From contig NW_021834643.1 in assembly GCF_006345805.1 (NCBI RefSeq), positions 1 to 46,648 of the forward strand: a stretch of DNA of 46,648 nucleotides. The letters run 5' to 3'. Shown one piece after another: positions 35,661 to 46,648 of the stretch. Origin of the DNA: Octopus sinensis (Eukaryota). A program made the position numbers and the translations under genes. The stretch's first letter is position 1; each line of letters opens with the position of its first letter. A model generated the notes under the pieces. The model had not been told where the DNA came from and did not search any database. It saw nothing but the letters and a program-made list of their open reading frames with translations.

Positions 35661-36415
35661 TATATATATATCGATGCATTTGTGTATTCTAAGTGTGTCT
35701 GTAGATGCGTCTATGTACATGTGTGTATGTATATGTATCTATATGTCAACTGAAGTCCTTTCTGTGCGTGTGTGTGTATGAGTGTATGTGTGTGGTTGAG
35801 GTTTTGGCTCGTAGTGAAAATGAGAAATTAAATAATTTACTATGTTAGAAATAAAGAGACAGCTGCAGTCAAAATAAGACATTCATAACAGAATATAATA
35901 TCCCTGGATACGAGTCGAGAGCTACAGAAAGAATAGAGTGGTATTAGATATGGAAAAAGAGATATAGAAAAACAGGCAGGCTGGTAAGGACCTACAAATA
36001 GTCATACAGAACTATATATACACATATACGAACATAAATGCACCCTAGCACATAGAGGTATAGTTATCTCTAGATATATAATTTTGATGAAGTGTAAATG
36101 TGCATGTACGTATGTGTATTTTCCTGTGTGAATGTGCTTGCGTGTGAGAAGTGGTATATGCTTAGACAAATATACGTAGACAGAGAAAGGAAAATGTCCC
36201 TTGTATTTCAAAACTATAGAAATATTTTTAAAAAACATTTCACTTAATTTTTCCACAATTGAATTGTTTTGTTTTTCAGACATTACTCTAAGTTGAAAAG
36301 TCGCAAAGTCTGAAACCGGCACTAAAATGTTCTTCTTGATAAAATTAATTCAGCGTTTTCTACCCTGTCTTATATTCCTTAAATAAATAAATATATATAT
36401 ATATATATGCCTGTC

Positions 36416-36690
36416 TCATAAGTGTCAGTTTCCCGGTTTCCTTGGCGTAGAGGCTCCCCACCTGGACGGGACGCCGGTCCGGTCCGTCGCAGGTGAGCTG
36501 CAAGATGCAGGAGGAAAAAGTGAGAGAAAGTTGTGGCGAAAGAGTCAGCAGAAGTTCGCCATTAATTTCTGCCGGAGCCGCGTGGAGCTTAGGTGTTTCG
36601 CTCATTAACACACACATCGCCCGGTCTGAGATTCGAACCCGCGATCCCTCGACCGCGAGTCCGCTGGTCTAACCACTAGGCCATGTGCCT

Positions 36691-36694
<4 letters not shown>
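36416..36694 (-). mobile_element. tRNA-derived SINE, family D
   Basis: Minus strand A box TGGCCTAGTGG, B box GGTTCGAATC; tail CGTCCCGTCCAGGTGGGAG...GGAAACCGGGAAAC shared with family C. Confidence 0.85.
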
Positions 36695-36734
<40 letters not shown>

Positions 36735-36910
36735 GTTTCAGTCATTAGACTGCGTGCATGCTGGGGCACTGCCTTGAAGAAATTTTAGCGGAATGACTCG
36801 ACCCCGGTACCTATTTATTTTTGTAAGTCTGGTACTTATTATATCGGTCTCTCTGTCGAAACGCTAAGTTACGCGGACGTAAACACACCAACACCGGTAG
36901 TTAAGCGATA
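36735..36910 (-). mobile_element. SINE family A, 3' part
   Basis: tttcagtcattagactgcg...gctaagttacgcggacgtaaacacacc matches the reverse complement of the family A tail. Confidence 0.75.
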
Positions 36911-37223
36911 GTGGTACGAAAACCTAAGCACGAAGGCACACGTTCAAAATGGATGACGCTGCAATGTCTAGTTTTCAGATCAGGTGAAATATTGGTTTCC
37001 TTGCCTACAGGACGGAATGGTTTCGTTCCAAAGATAAAACGATGCGAGAGGCAGTGTGATCAGCGATGTATAACAATACCTGATAGATTAGTCCATCACA
37101 TGATCACTATTATATGTAGTACATTACATATGTATATATATATGTATGTATGTACGTATGTATGTAACTGTATATGTATATATATATGTATATGTATATA
37201 CGTATATACACACACACACAAAG

Positions 37224-37227
37224 ACAG

Positions 37228-37260
<33 letters not shown>

Positions 37261-37683
37261 CATAAATTTATAAATATCCTTATTTATAAATGTATATATT
37301 TCGCCATTGTATTCACTGTGATTTTTATTTTGACCATATCGCGCCAGGAGCTGTTTAGGCAGGCAATTTAAGCTGGTCGTATACATACGTGCATATATAT
37401 GTAAGTATAGACGTTCGTGTATGTAAGTATAACGTTTGTTGTATAAATATATATCTGTATTTATGTACTATTTGGTATATTCTACCGAGGAAGGCAGAGC
37501 ATCCCTTATACAAAGTCAGAAATCCAGGATCTGGAATTATCTAGTAAATTTTTTTTTGCTAGTTTATTTTGTCTCTCTGTGTCTACTCTCCTGGTGCTAT
37601 ATGAATATTTGATGTGGCTTTAGGGTCAGGTTTTGACTGCTATTTCAGTGTGGTGGTATCTGTCAGATACCCTCATTTATAAT

Positions 37684-37716
<33 letters not shown>

Positions 37717-37808
37717 GTATGTGCATAAATACAACACAGACAAATGATGTAGAAACACAATGCGGATATCAAATATTGCTTATAAAATTTCTCATTTTAT
37801 CTACACAG

Positions 37809-37841
<33 letters not shown>

Positions 37842-38262
37842 CATAAATTTATAAATATCCTTATTTATAAATGTATATATTTCGCCATTGTATTCACTGT
37901 GATTTTTATTTTGACCATATCGCGCCAGGAGCTGTTTAGGCAGGCAATTTAAGCTGGTCGTATACATACGTGCATATATATGTAAGTATAGACGTTCGTG
38001 TATGTAAGTAATAACGTGTTGTATAAATATATATCTGTATTTATGTACTATTTGGTATATTCTACCGAGGAAGGCAGAGCATCCCTTATACAAAGTCAGA
38101 AATCCAGGATCTGGAATTATCTAGTAAATTTTTTTTTGCTAGTTTATTTTGTCTCTCTGGTCTACTCTCCTGGTGCTATATGAATATTTGATGTGGCTTT
38201 AGGGTCAGGTTTTGACTGCTATTTCAGTGTGGTGGTATCTGTCAGATACCCTCATTTATAAT

Positions 38263-38295
<33 letters not shown>

Positions 38296-38390
38296 GTATG
38301 TGCATAAATACAACACAGACAAATGATGTAGAAACACAATGCGGATATCAAATATTGCTTATAAAATTTCTCATTTTATCTACACAGACA
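37224..38390. repeat. Local tandem duplication, period 581
   Basis: cataaatttataaatatcc at 37261 and 37842; near-identical copies. Confidence 0.9.
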
Positions 38391-39024
38391 CACATACACA
38401 CACACATACACAAACGTGTATATATTCACACATACACACATACACGCACACAACACACACATACCCTCTGTGATTCACTCACTGGAGAGATATCTCATTA
38501 CATGGTATTCAATGAATGTTCACGTATAACTGCCTGTTCTGACTGTTTTAACATTGTGTTCATATCAACATGATCAGTCTTGCTCACATTAAGTACAATA
38601 GGAGATGTGTGGCTCTCCAGCTGACTACGCAAAGAAATAAAGACTTCTTGATATATTTATTTATATATATATTCATTTACTTGTTCATTTATCTATTTAT
38701 TATTATTCATTGTATTTCGTTTTCCATGTAATCTACCGATCTTCTAGAATATGACTTGACGTACAAAGACGAGTTGCGTGTTTCACGTCGACATAATATC
38801 TTAAAAGCTAGACACCTTTTGACTAACAAACATAATAGCTCGTTTAACAAGCTCGCTTTAAAACCACATGTTTCTAGTTTTTACTCCCATTTCGTCGATT
38901 CTCGGGCAAGGGTCTTCCTCTCTTCCATGTTTGCCTGCTGTTAACTAATGCCTTTTGATTTACCTGGGTAGAGAGAAACTGTGTGGAAGCCAGTTGTCCA
39001 TATATAAACTGTGTTGAAGTCTGT

Positions 39025-39025
39025 T

Positions 39026-39064
<39 letters not shown>

Positions 39065-39082
39065 ATAGAGAGAGAGAGAGAG

Positions 39083-39162
<80 letters not shown>
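39025..39162. repeat. (GA)n-(GATA)n tract
   Basis: Direct inspection. Confidence 0.95.
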
Positions 39163-39332
39163 CCTAAAAGAAGAACAAACACAAAATACAATAACACGAA
39201 GAGGTGGTACATGTAAAGTATTAGCAGACGCCCAAGGAAAAAAGATGGCTTAACGTTTCGAGCAGACGCTCTACTTCGGAAACAGAGGAAAGTCCAATAG
39301 AAGGGAAGACGGAGGAAGAAAATCACCAGTCA
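39162..39332 (-). mobile_element. Short Penelope-like repeat, GAGC/GCTC hammerhead-like family (motif 39248-39283)
   Basis: Minus strand GTTT-CCGAAGTA-GAGC-GTCT-GCTC-GAAACGTT-AAGC. Confidence 0.5.
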
Positions 39333-39718
39333 TTTATATATATATTAGATGGAATGAAATAACAAAGCCAAGGCTGTGAGGAGTTTTTAGGAAATTTATA
39401 ATGAAATAACCTTACAGCAGTTTTGGGGATATTATGGATAACTTTTCATCAGAGAAGGTGTAAGAAATCATTTCAGTTCGAATTATTGTGGAAAAGTTGG
39501 GCATAGAGAATAAGGAGGGAAATAAGAAAATGAAAATTGAAATAAGACTATTTCATTATAAATGTCCTGAAATTTCCTCACAGCCTTCCTAATACAAGAC
39601 CCACATTCGTTTCCTCACTCGTATCATTATTGAACCAAGATTTTAACTACGGTCTGTCCATAGCACCTACTTAGCGTTACCTAACACTCTTCGGGTATTC
39701 TAGATATCAATACCTCTC

Positions 39719-39757
<39 letters not shown>

Positions 39758-39837
39758 TACACAAATATATATCTATGTATATATATACACATAAATATAT
39801 GTATATATACATATATACACATATATATATACATATA

Positions 39838-40221
39838 CTAGCAGTATCGCTCGGCGTTGCTCAGGTTTGTAAGGGAAATAACTATAAAGCATTTTTAGAG
39901 AGTTATAGCCAAAAAATAGCAAAAAAAATGGAAAAAAATGATGGTAAATTTTTTTTTGAGATTTAAAAAAGGTAGAGTTGCGTCCCCTAGACAGTTTGTG
40001 GTTCGTATTCCTGATTCTCGACCCCATGTCGAATTTATCGATTTTTTTCAGAACTGGGGGAACTTTTCAAAATTTTCGCTGCGTTAGTTTTGAATTATGA
40101 CATTGGGCTATGTGTGTGTCAAGTTTCATCAGAATCGGTTGAAAGCCGTGGTCAGGGTGAGGGTACAAGCAAACAGACACACAGAAACACGCACAGACAA
40201 ACTGCCGTTTATATAGAGAGA
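39838..40221 (-). mobile_element. Short non-autonomous Helitron
   Basis: Minus strand A|TC ... CCTGAGCAACGCCGAGCGATACTG-CTAG|T: 5' TC, subterminal GC-rich hairpin remnant, 3' CTAG, inserted between A and T. Confidence 0.72.
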
Positions 40222-40264
40222 TATATACATATATATATACATACATCCATATATACATATATAC

Positions 40265-40320
<56 letters not shown>

Positions 40321-40333
40321 GTATGTATGTATT

Positions 40334-40368
<35 letters not shown>

Positions 40369-40459
40369 GCATTATATATATATATATATATATATATATA
40401 ACGTTTATATATTGTTGTGCAAGATTTTTGTGTGAAGTCGTGTGTTGAAACAGACATTG

Positions 40460-41060
40460 TTGTATTTCGGAATGGTCATTTTGCCAGTTTAGCCAATAAA
40501 AACACACGCACTATATATTTGGTGTAACTTTGCTTCAGCGTTATATATTTTTTACATTAATCTTAATCTTATTTCGGCCAGAGTTCTTTCGTCACACTCC
40601 TGTGACCGCATCAGTGGTCCTTTGCTTACTTCTTTCTTATTTGTGTCTCTCCTTACTAACCGTCAGCCATTTTGCGCAAATGAAGACACATACAATAGAA
40701 ATACAAAAAAAAAGAATAAACAAACACAAAAACAAACGTATATAAACAGAAGATACACATGTTACAGACATTCCCCCTCACACGCATACACACTAACTAA
40801 ACATAGACGCACATAGAGATATACGCATGCGCAAATGAAGACACATACAATAGAAATACAAAAGGAGAGACACAAATAAGAAGGAAGAAAGCAAAGGACC
40901 ACTGGTGCCGTCATAGGAGTGTGACGAAAGAACTATGGCCGAAATAAGATTAAGATTAATTAAAAAAATAAATAATACTGAAGCAAAGTAACACCAAATA
41001 TATAGTGCGTGTGTTTTTATTGGCTAAACTGGCAAAATGACCATTCCGAAATACAACAAT
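40460..41060. repeat. Inverted pair (~190-bp arms, 40460-40652 and 40862-41060) each with a GTCAC/GTGAC hammerhead-like motif
   Basis: Arms are reverse complements; motifs at 40576-40620 (-) and 40896-40940 (+); the spacer contains a ~33-bp direct repeat (gcgcaaatgaagacacatacaatagaaatacaaaa). Confidence 0.7.
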
Positions 41061-41080
41061 ATATATATATTCATACACAA

Positions 41081-41137
<57 letters not shown>

Positions 41138-41174
41138 TATATATATTGTATATTATACATACATACATCCATAT

Positions 41175-41233
<59 letters not shown>

Positions 41234-41328
41234 CAGGTGGTGCTATTAAGTTAGACATGGCCTGGACCAATCTTTGGTGCGAAACATCTAAGCTTATCTA
41301 AGTTTATACATCTATATATATATACACA

Positions 41329-41420
<92 letters not shown>

Positions 41421-41634
41421 GCGTGCGCGTGTCTGTTATAATATTATATTTCAAATATAAATATCACACCTCGGATTTTTAGCTCGTCTAATAATTGTTG
41501 TAGAAAGCCTTGAAAATGCGTGGCCTAATGGATGGGGTTAAATAGCTAACGATTGTAATTCCGTGATTTCGATCGTAATTCCGTGATTTTGGGAATTAGC
41601 AAAAGATTAGTTGTACATGTAATTCAAATGGCGA

Positions 41635-41780
41635 ACCTTGTGTCTGTTTCTCACTGAACTTCCATGAGAACTGCGTGAAGGGAGCACGTGTTTGTGAAGT
41701 ACTCAACCACTTACATGCTAATTTTACGAGCTGGACCGTTCCGTTGATTGGATCAACGGAAACTCTCGTTGATGTACCAG
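41635..41780 (+). mobile_element. 3' fragment of the same SINE as 43735-44040
   Basis: GAGAACTGCGTGAAGGG.GCACGTG...CCGTTGATTGGATCAACGGAAACTCTCGT. Confidence 0.6.
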
Positions 41781-41859
41781 ATTTTTTTTTTTTTTTTTTT
41801 TTTAGCTTTTTAGCATAATTCCTTATACTATAGAATTGATGGTATAAAGCATGATACTT

Positions 41860-42758
41860 TTCTACTCAAGGCACAAGGCCCGAAATTTTTCGGGAGGTGG
41901 CCAGTCGATTTGATCGACCCTAGTACGCAACTGGTACGTGATTTATCGACCCCGAAAGCATGAAAGGCAAAGTCGACCTCGGCGGAATTTGAACTCAGAA
42001 CGTAGAGACAGACGAAATACCTATTTCTTTACTACCCTCAGAGGGGCTAAACACAGAGGGGACAACCAAGGATAGACAAACGGATTAAGTCGATTATATC
42101 GACCCTAGTGCGTAAGTGGTACTTATTTAATCGACCTCGAAAGGATGAAAGGCAAAGTCAACCTCGGCTGAATTTGAACTCAGAACGTAGCGGCAGGCGA
42201 AATACCTATTTCTTTATTACCCACAAGGGGCTAAACATAGAGAGGACAAACAAGGACAGACATACGTATTAAATCGATTACATCGACCCCAGTGCGTAAC
42301 TGGTACTTAATTTTTCGACCCCGAAAAGATGAGAGGCAAAGTCGACCTCGGCGGAATTTGAACTCACAACGTAACGGCAGGCGAAATACCGCTAAGCATT
42401 TCGCCCGGCGTGCTAACGTTTCTTTTCTACTCTAGGCACAAGGCCCGAAATTTTTAGAGAGGGTGCAAGTCGATGAGATCGGCCCCTGTACGCAACTGGT
42501 ACTTAATGTTTCGACCCCAAAAGGATGAAAGGCAAAGTCGACCACGGCGGAATTTAAACTCTGAACATAAAGACAGACGAAATACCGCTAAGAATTTCGC
42601 CCGGCGTGCTAACGTTTCTGCCAGTTTGCCACCTTATAAATAATCGTTTCTGCTATAGGTAGAAGGCCTGCAATCTGGGGAAAGGAGATAGTCGATTACA
42701 TTGATCCCCAGTGCGTAACTGGTACTCAATTTATCGACGATTCTGCCAGCTCGCTGCC
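41860..42758 (-). mobile_element. Cluster of three SINE family B copies (about 41860-42422 trimeric, 42422-42634, 42650-42758)
   Basis: Reverse-complement heads at ~42395-42420, 42590-42634 and 42740-42758; repeated cores. Confidence 0.88.
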
Positions 42759-43559
42759 TTGCCGCCTTTATATTTAAAATATAATGAGCGCCAAGATATG
42801 CTGCTAAGCATTATGTCTGACGTACAGTTGATTCTAATACCTCACCACCTGTCTCAACTCTTTACCGCAAATAAAAAATAAAGTAGATCTGATACGTGGG
42901 AGAATAACAGCAGTCATTCAGGTAGGAATATAATGTAAGTGAATCGCAAAAAGAGTTAAGAATAAAGTTTGCCATACTGTAACTGCGATAATAATCCTAT
43001 AAAATAATTTTGTGAAATAAAAATGTAATAAAATAAAATTATAATGAATCAAAGAAAAAAAAAACGAAACAGAATTTTCTTCTTAAAATAAAATTGTTGA
43101 GACGTTTTTATTGCAGATATTCCATTTAAGGAAAAATATATAAACTAAAACGAAACCAACCTTTTAGACATAGAATAAAATATTTGACAGGAGTGTAAAA
43201 AATTGCTAAGAAATATAATTTGAAATATTAGTAAAAGATACAAATGTCGCTCCCTTTATTTGCTTCGTTCTTACAAGTTTGCTCTAAATATGCAAACGAT
43301 AGCTGCAGATGGTTAGCAATGCAATTATCAACATTTTGAGATTCCTTTTAAAGTATATTGCGCTGGGAAATGTAATAAGTCTTAATACTTTCATATAAAA
43401 AATAAAAATAAAATTGACGAGGATTATTCTTTCTATAAACATGATATCAAAATGGCATATTTATTATTTCCATGTACATCTGTTGGATTAGTATTCCAAA
43501 AGTATAAATTAATAATAGAGTAGCTTTTGAGCCAGCATGTAAAAGTATGGACACTAAAA

Positions 43560-43614
<55 letters not shown>

Positions 43615-43734
43615 TATATAGATATATATGTTGATGTATGTATGTATGTATGTATGTATGTATGTATATACCTACACAAACACATATAAACATCTATTCT
43701 TATATACATAATACATACACATGCACACTAACTA

Positions 43735-44040
43735 CCACTCCGTCGGTTGCTACGACGAGGGTTCCAGATGATCCGATCAACGGAAGGTCCTGCTAAAGAA
43801 ATTAACATGAAAACGCCACAGACACGTGTGGCACTTAATGCAGTTCCCAGAGAGATTGAGCCCGACACTGGGATGTGACAAGACAGGCCCTTTGAAATAC
43901 AGATCCTACTCACTCGTACAGTTGAGGAGACTGAAGTAACGCGAAATAACAATGTTTTCCTGAAGGTCATAACACACCGCCGAGTATCGAACCATAAGAT
44001 CGCGAGCTGAATATCCTAATTGCTAAGCTAAACGCTTTCA
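43735..44040 (-). mobile_element. SINE with family C-like head and a different tail
   Basis: Minus-strand head TAGCTTAGCAATTAGGATATTCAGCTC...GTTCGATACTC; tail ...TTCCGTTGATCGGATCATCTGGAACCCTCGTCGT matches 41635-41780. Confidence 0.7.
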
Positions 44041-44204
44041 CTAACAAACACACACACATAGTGAGAAAGTGAGAGAGAGCATAGTCAGTGAATTTCTTCG
44101 TATGGTGGATAATTACATATGCATATAACCAAATATACAGGCAAACATATATAATAGATACTATATCTATATAATATATATATATATATATATATTATAT
44201 AATA

Positions 44205-44369
44205 TTCCCTGTCCTCCCGTCTCGGGATCTTTCTTTCTCCTATGTTTCCGACGAAGAGCTCCGCTCGAAACGTCAAACCCTCCTTCTTCCCTTCTTTCTG
44301 AGCGTTCAATAATACTTTATTTGTTCCACCTCCTTGCGTTGTTGTCTTTTTGTTTTCTTGTTTGGATTA

Positions 44370-44375
<6 letters not shown>
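44205..44375 (+). mobile_element. Short Penelope-like repeat, GAGC/GCTC hammerhead-like family (motif 44244-44278)
   Basis: GTTT-CCGACGA-A-GAGC-TCC-GCTC-GAAACGTC-AAAC; flanked by (TA)n. Confidence 0.55.
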
Positions 44376-44420
<45 letters not shown>

Positions 44421-44422
<2 letters not shown>

Positions 44423-45163
44423 GAAAGAAGGTTTGAAAATGTAATTTAAAAGATGTTTATTTACTTTACCGGTTCACTCTTTGGAAAAAGATTGTCAAAA
44501 GTAACATGTGGAAGTTTGGTGCGTTAATTATTGGTTGTTGCAAATTGCTACATTACATATATATATATATACAGTCTTGGTAACAGGGACATGTTAAGGA
44601 CATAAAAAGTTCAACAAGTTCCTTAAAATATTGGGCAAAAAAGATTACATCAATAATAGTTCTCATGACATACTTAAGATAGTTTTCAGAATGAATTGAT
44701 ATTGGTACTGTATCTGTATATTCAAACATGCACAGAATATTGGTTGACACAGAGTACTATAATCCATATAAATATACAGTCTTTGGTGACAACAGTATGT
44801 TGAGAATATAAAGAATATAAACTTCTTTATATTCTCAACATACTGTTGTCACCAAAGACTGTATATTTATATGGATTATAGTACTCTGTGTCAACCAATA
44901 TTCTGTACCAATATCAATGTCCTGAGAACGATTATTGATGTAATCTTTTTTGCCAAATTTTAAGGAACTTGTTGAACTTTTTTATGTCCTTAACATGTCC
45001 CTGTTACCAAAGACTGTATATATATATATGTAATGTAGCAATTTGCAACAAACAATAATTAACGCAACCAAACTTCCACATGTTACTTTTGACAATCTTT
45101 TCCAAGAGTGAAACCGGTAAATAAATAAACATTTTTAAATTGCATTTTCAAACCTTCTTTCGT
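44421..45163. repeat. ~740-bp foldback palindrome with 7-nt loop (44816-44822)
   Basis: Left arm 44421-44815 is the reverse complement of 44823-45163 apart from two ~25-nt indels and scattered 1-bp differences. Confidence 0.85.
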
Positions 45164-45476
45164 ATATAATTCCACTCGTGCGGTACCCCCAACTCAACTA
45201 TATATATGTATATATATATATATATATATATCATATAATATATATATATATATAATACATTACATATTCCCGCACAAAACAATCGATAAATCACATTCCA
45301 TAAATTTCTCAATATAATTTAATTGTAGAGTGTACATTTGTTGTTTGTGATGTTAATCTAAGAGGTTGCAGCCTATATCAGTGTCTTAATAGTGTTTGAT
45401 TCAGAGGTTACACGAGTGAATTTATAGAGGAGTGAAGTAATACCTAAATTGAGAACTGTAATGTCAAACTCTACAC

Positions 45477-45520
<44 letters not shown>

Positions 45521-45536
45521 TATATATATATATATA

Positions 45537-46091
45537 ACAGGTTATTCAAAAAGAATGAACCGATTTCATTACGCGATATTTTAATAAAGAAAAGCAACTC
45601 CAGCTAAGTCACAAGTATTTACTCACAATCAACTTTTATTTCTTGTCTTACAAAATGTCAACGTGGCCACCACCTGCAGCTTGAGCAACATCAATGTGAC
45701 AAGAGAATTTTCTCCCAAACGGTATCTGCTTAGCCTGGCGAGATCCCCAGAACCAGAATTCACGCGTGTGATATTTTCTTGTGGGTATGTGTAAAAGATC
45801 ACGTTTATGTTCCACCGCTACCCACTAACCTCGATGACCTTGAATATCAAATAACAATAGCGATCAATTCAGTGGATTGTAGTATGCTGATACGCATTGT
45901 GTAGAGAGGAAATTCTTATCGTATTGATGTTGCCCGTGATGCAGGTGGTGGCCAATGTTGAACACTTGTAAGACAGGAAATAAAAGTTGATTGAGTAAAT
46001 ACTTGTGACTCAGCTGGAGCTTTCTATTGCTTTTCCTTATAAAAATATTTTGTAACGAAATCGGTTCATTATTTTTGAGTAACCCGGTGTA
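45537..46091 (+). mobile_element. Tc1/mariner-like non-autonomous element with ~160-bp inverted arms and transposase C-terminal remnant
   Basis: Arms 45537-45696 and 45920-46091 are reverse complements; the centre resembles WPPRSPDLTPCDFFLWGYVKDHVYVPPLPTNLDDL...YRIDVARDAGGG; TA flanks. Confidence 0.8.
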
Positions 46092-46648
46092 TATGGATCA
46101 GGAGCTTTGAAACTTTAAGTGTGTGTGTATGTATTTTTGTGTGTTTTTGAGTATGTGTGCGTTTGAGACTGCGTGTGAATGGGTGGGGAGTGCTTGTGTG
46201 AGGCAACGTATCATGGCCTGTATTTATGTGTGTATAATTCTTTCGATCATACTAACTAGTGCCCTGAGTGGTATTCGGCTCTTATTTCTAGGGGAACGAA
46301 CGGAGACTTAGTGGTTCTCACACAAGTTCTTAATGCGTCATGAGATTTTATAGAGAAGAATACTAAATAGAAACAACAGCTATTTCAGGAAGCATATCAT
46401 GACGAGGAATTCACTTTGTCAGGATTTCTATCTAATTTATTTGAAAATCACAAAATGTTCAAAATTAGATGGCGTTCAAAATTACACAAAAAATACACAC
46501 ATGCAGACAGTATATGCGCGTACAAGTGTAGGTTTATGCGTCTATGCGTGTCTATACATAAGTAATTAAACACAAACAGGCATACAGACATGCACGCTAA
46601 CACACGCACGCACACACACACACACAAGCACAAAACACACACACACAC

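Noticed and set aside
31-46648. The large number of 60-340 aa ORFs rich in IY, CV, HT, LSIY or poly-N/L/T
   Set aside because: They are translations of microsatellites that lack stop codons in some frames; no domain signal.

Overview
Eukaryotic, AT-rich, microsatellite-saturated DNA. The SINE families and repeat landscape look like an Octopus (cephalopod) genome; this is inferred from recall, not from a search. There is one clear protein-coding gene: a 572-aa uninterrupted ORF on the minus strand (6114-7832) encoding a C2CD4C-like C2-domain protein. The rest is simple repeats, about 20 tRNA-derived SINE copies from at least 4 families, four Tc1/mariner remnants, two Helitron-like elements and several local duplications or foldbacks, some possibly long-read assembly artefacts. 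The most interesting signal is RNA-structural. A ~360-bp head-to-tail array (13357-14690) carries in every unit a complete minimal type I hammerhead ribozyme fold on the minus strand. The core is the non-canonical but compensatory U3-A8 variant (UUGAAAA), each unit also has a second degenerate hammerhead, and the array ends in a double template-switch inversion. Four further unrelated short repeat types with hammerhead-like folds occur in the window, nearly all embedded in (TA)n tracts. Together they suggest a diverse population of Penelope-like/retrozyme-type ribozyme retroelements. All folds were paired by eye; no software or database search was run.
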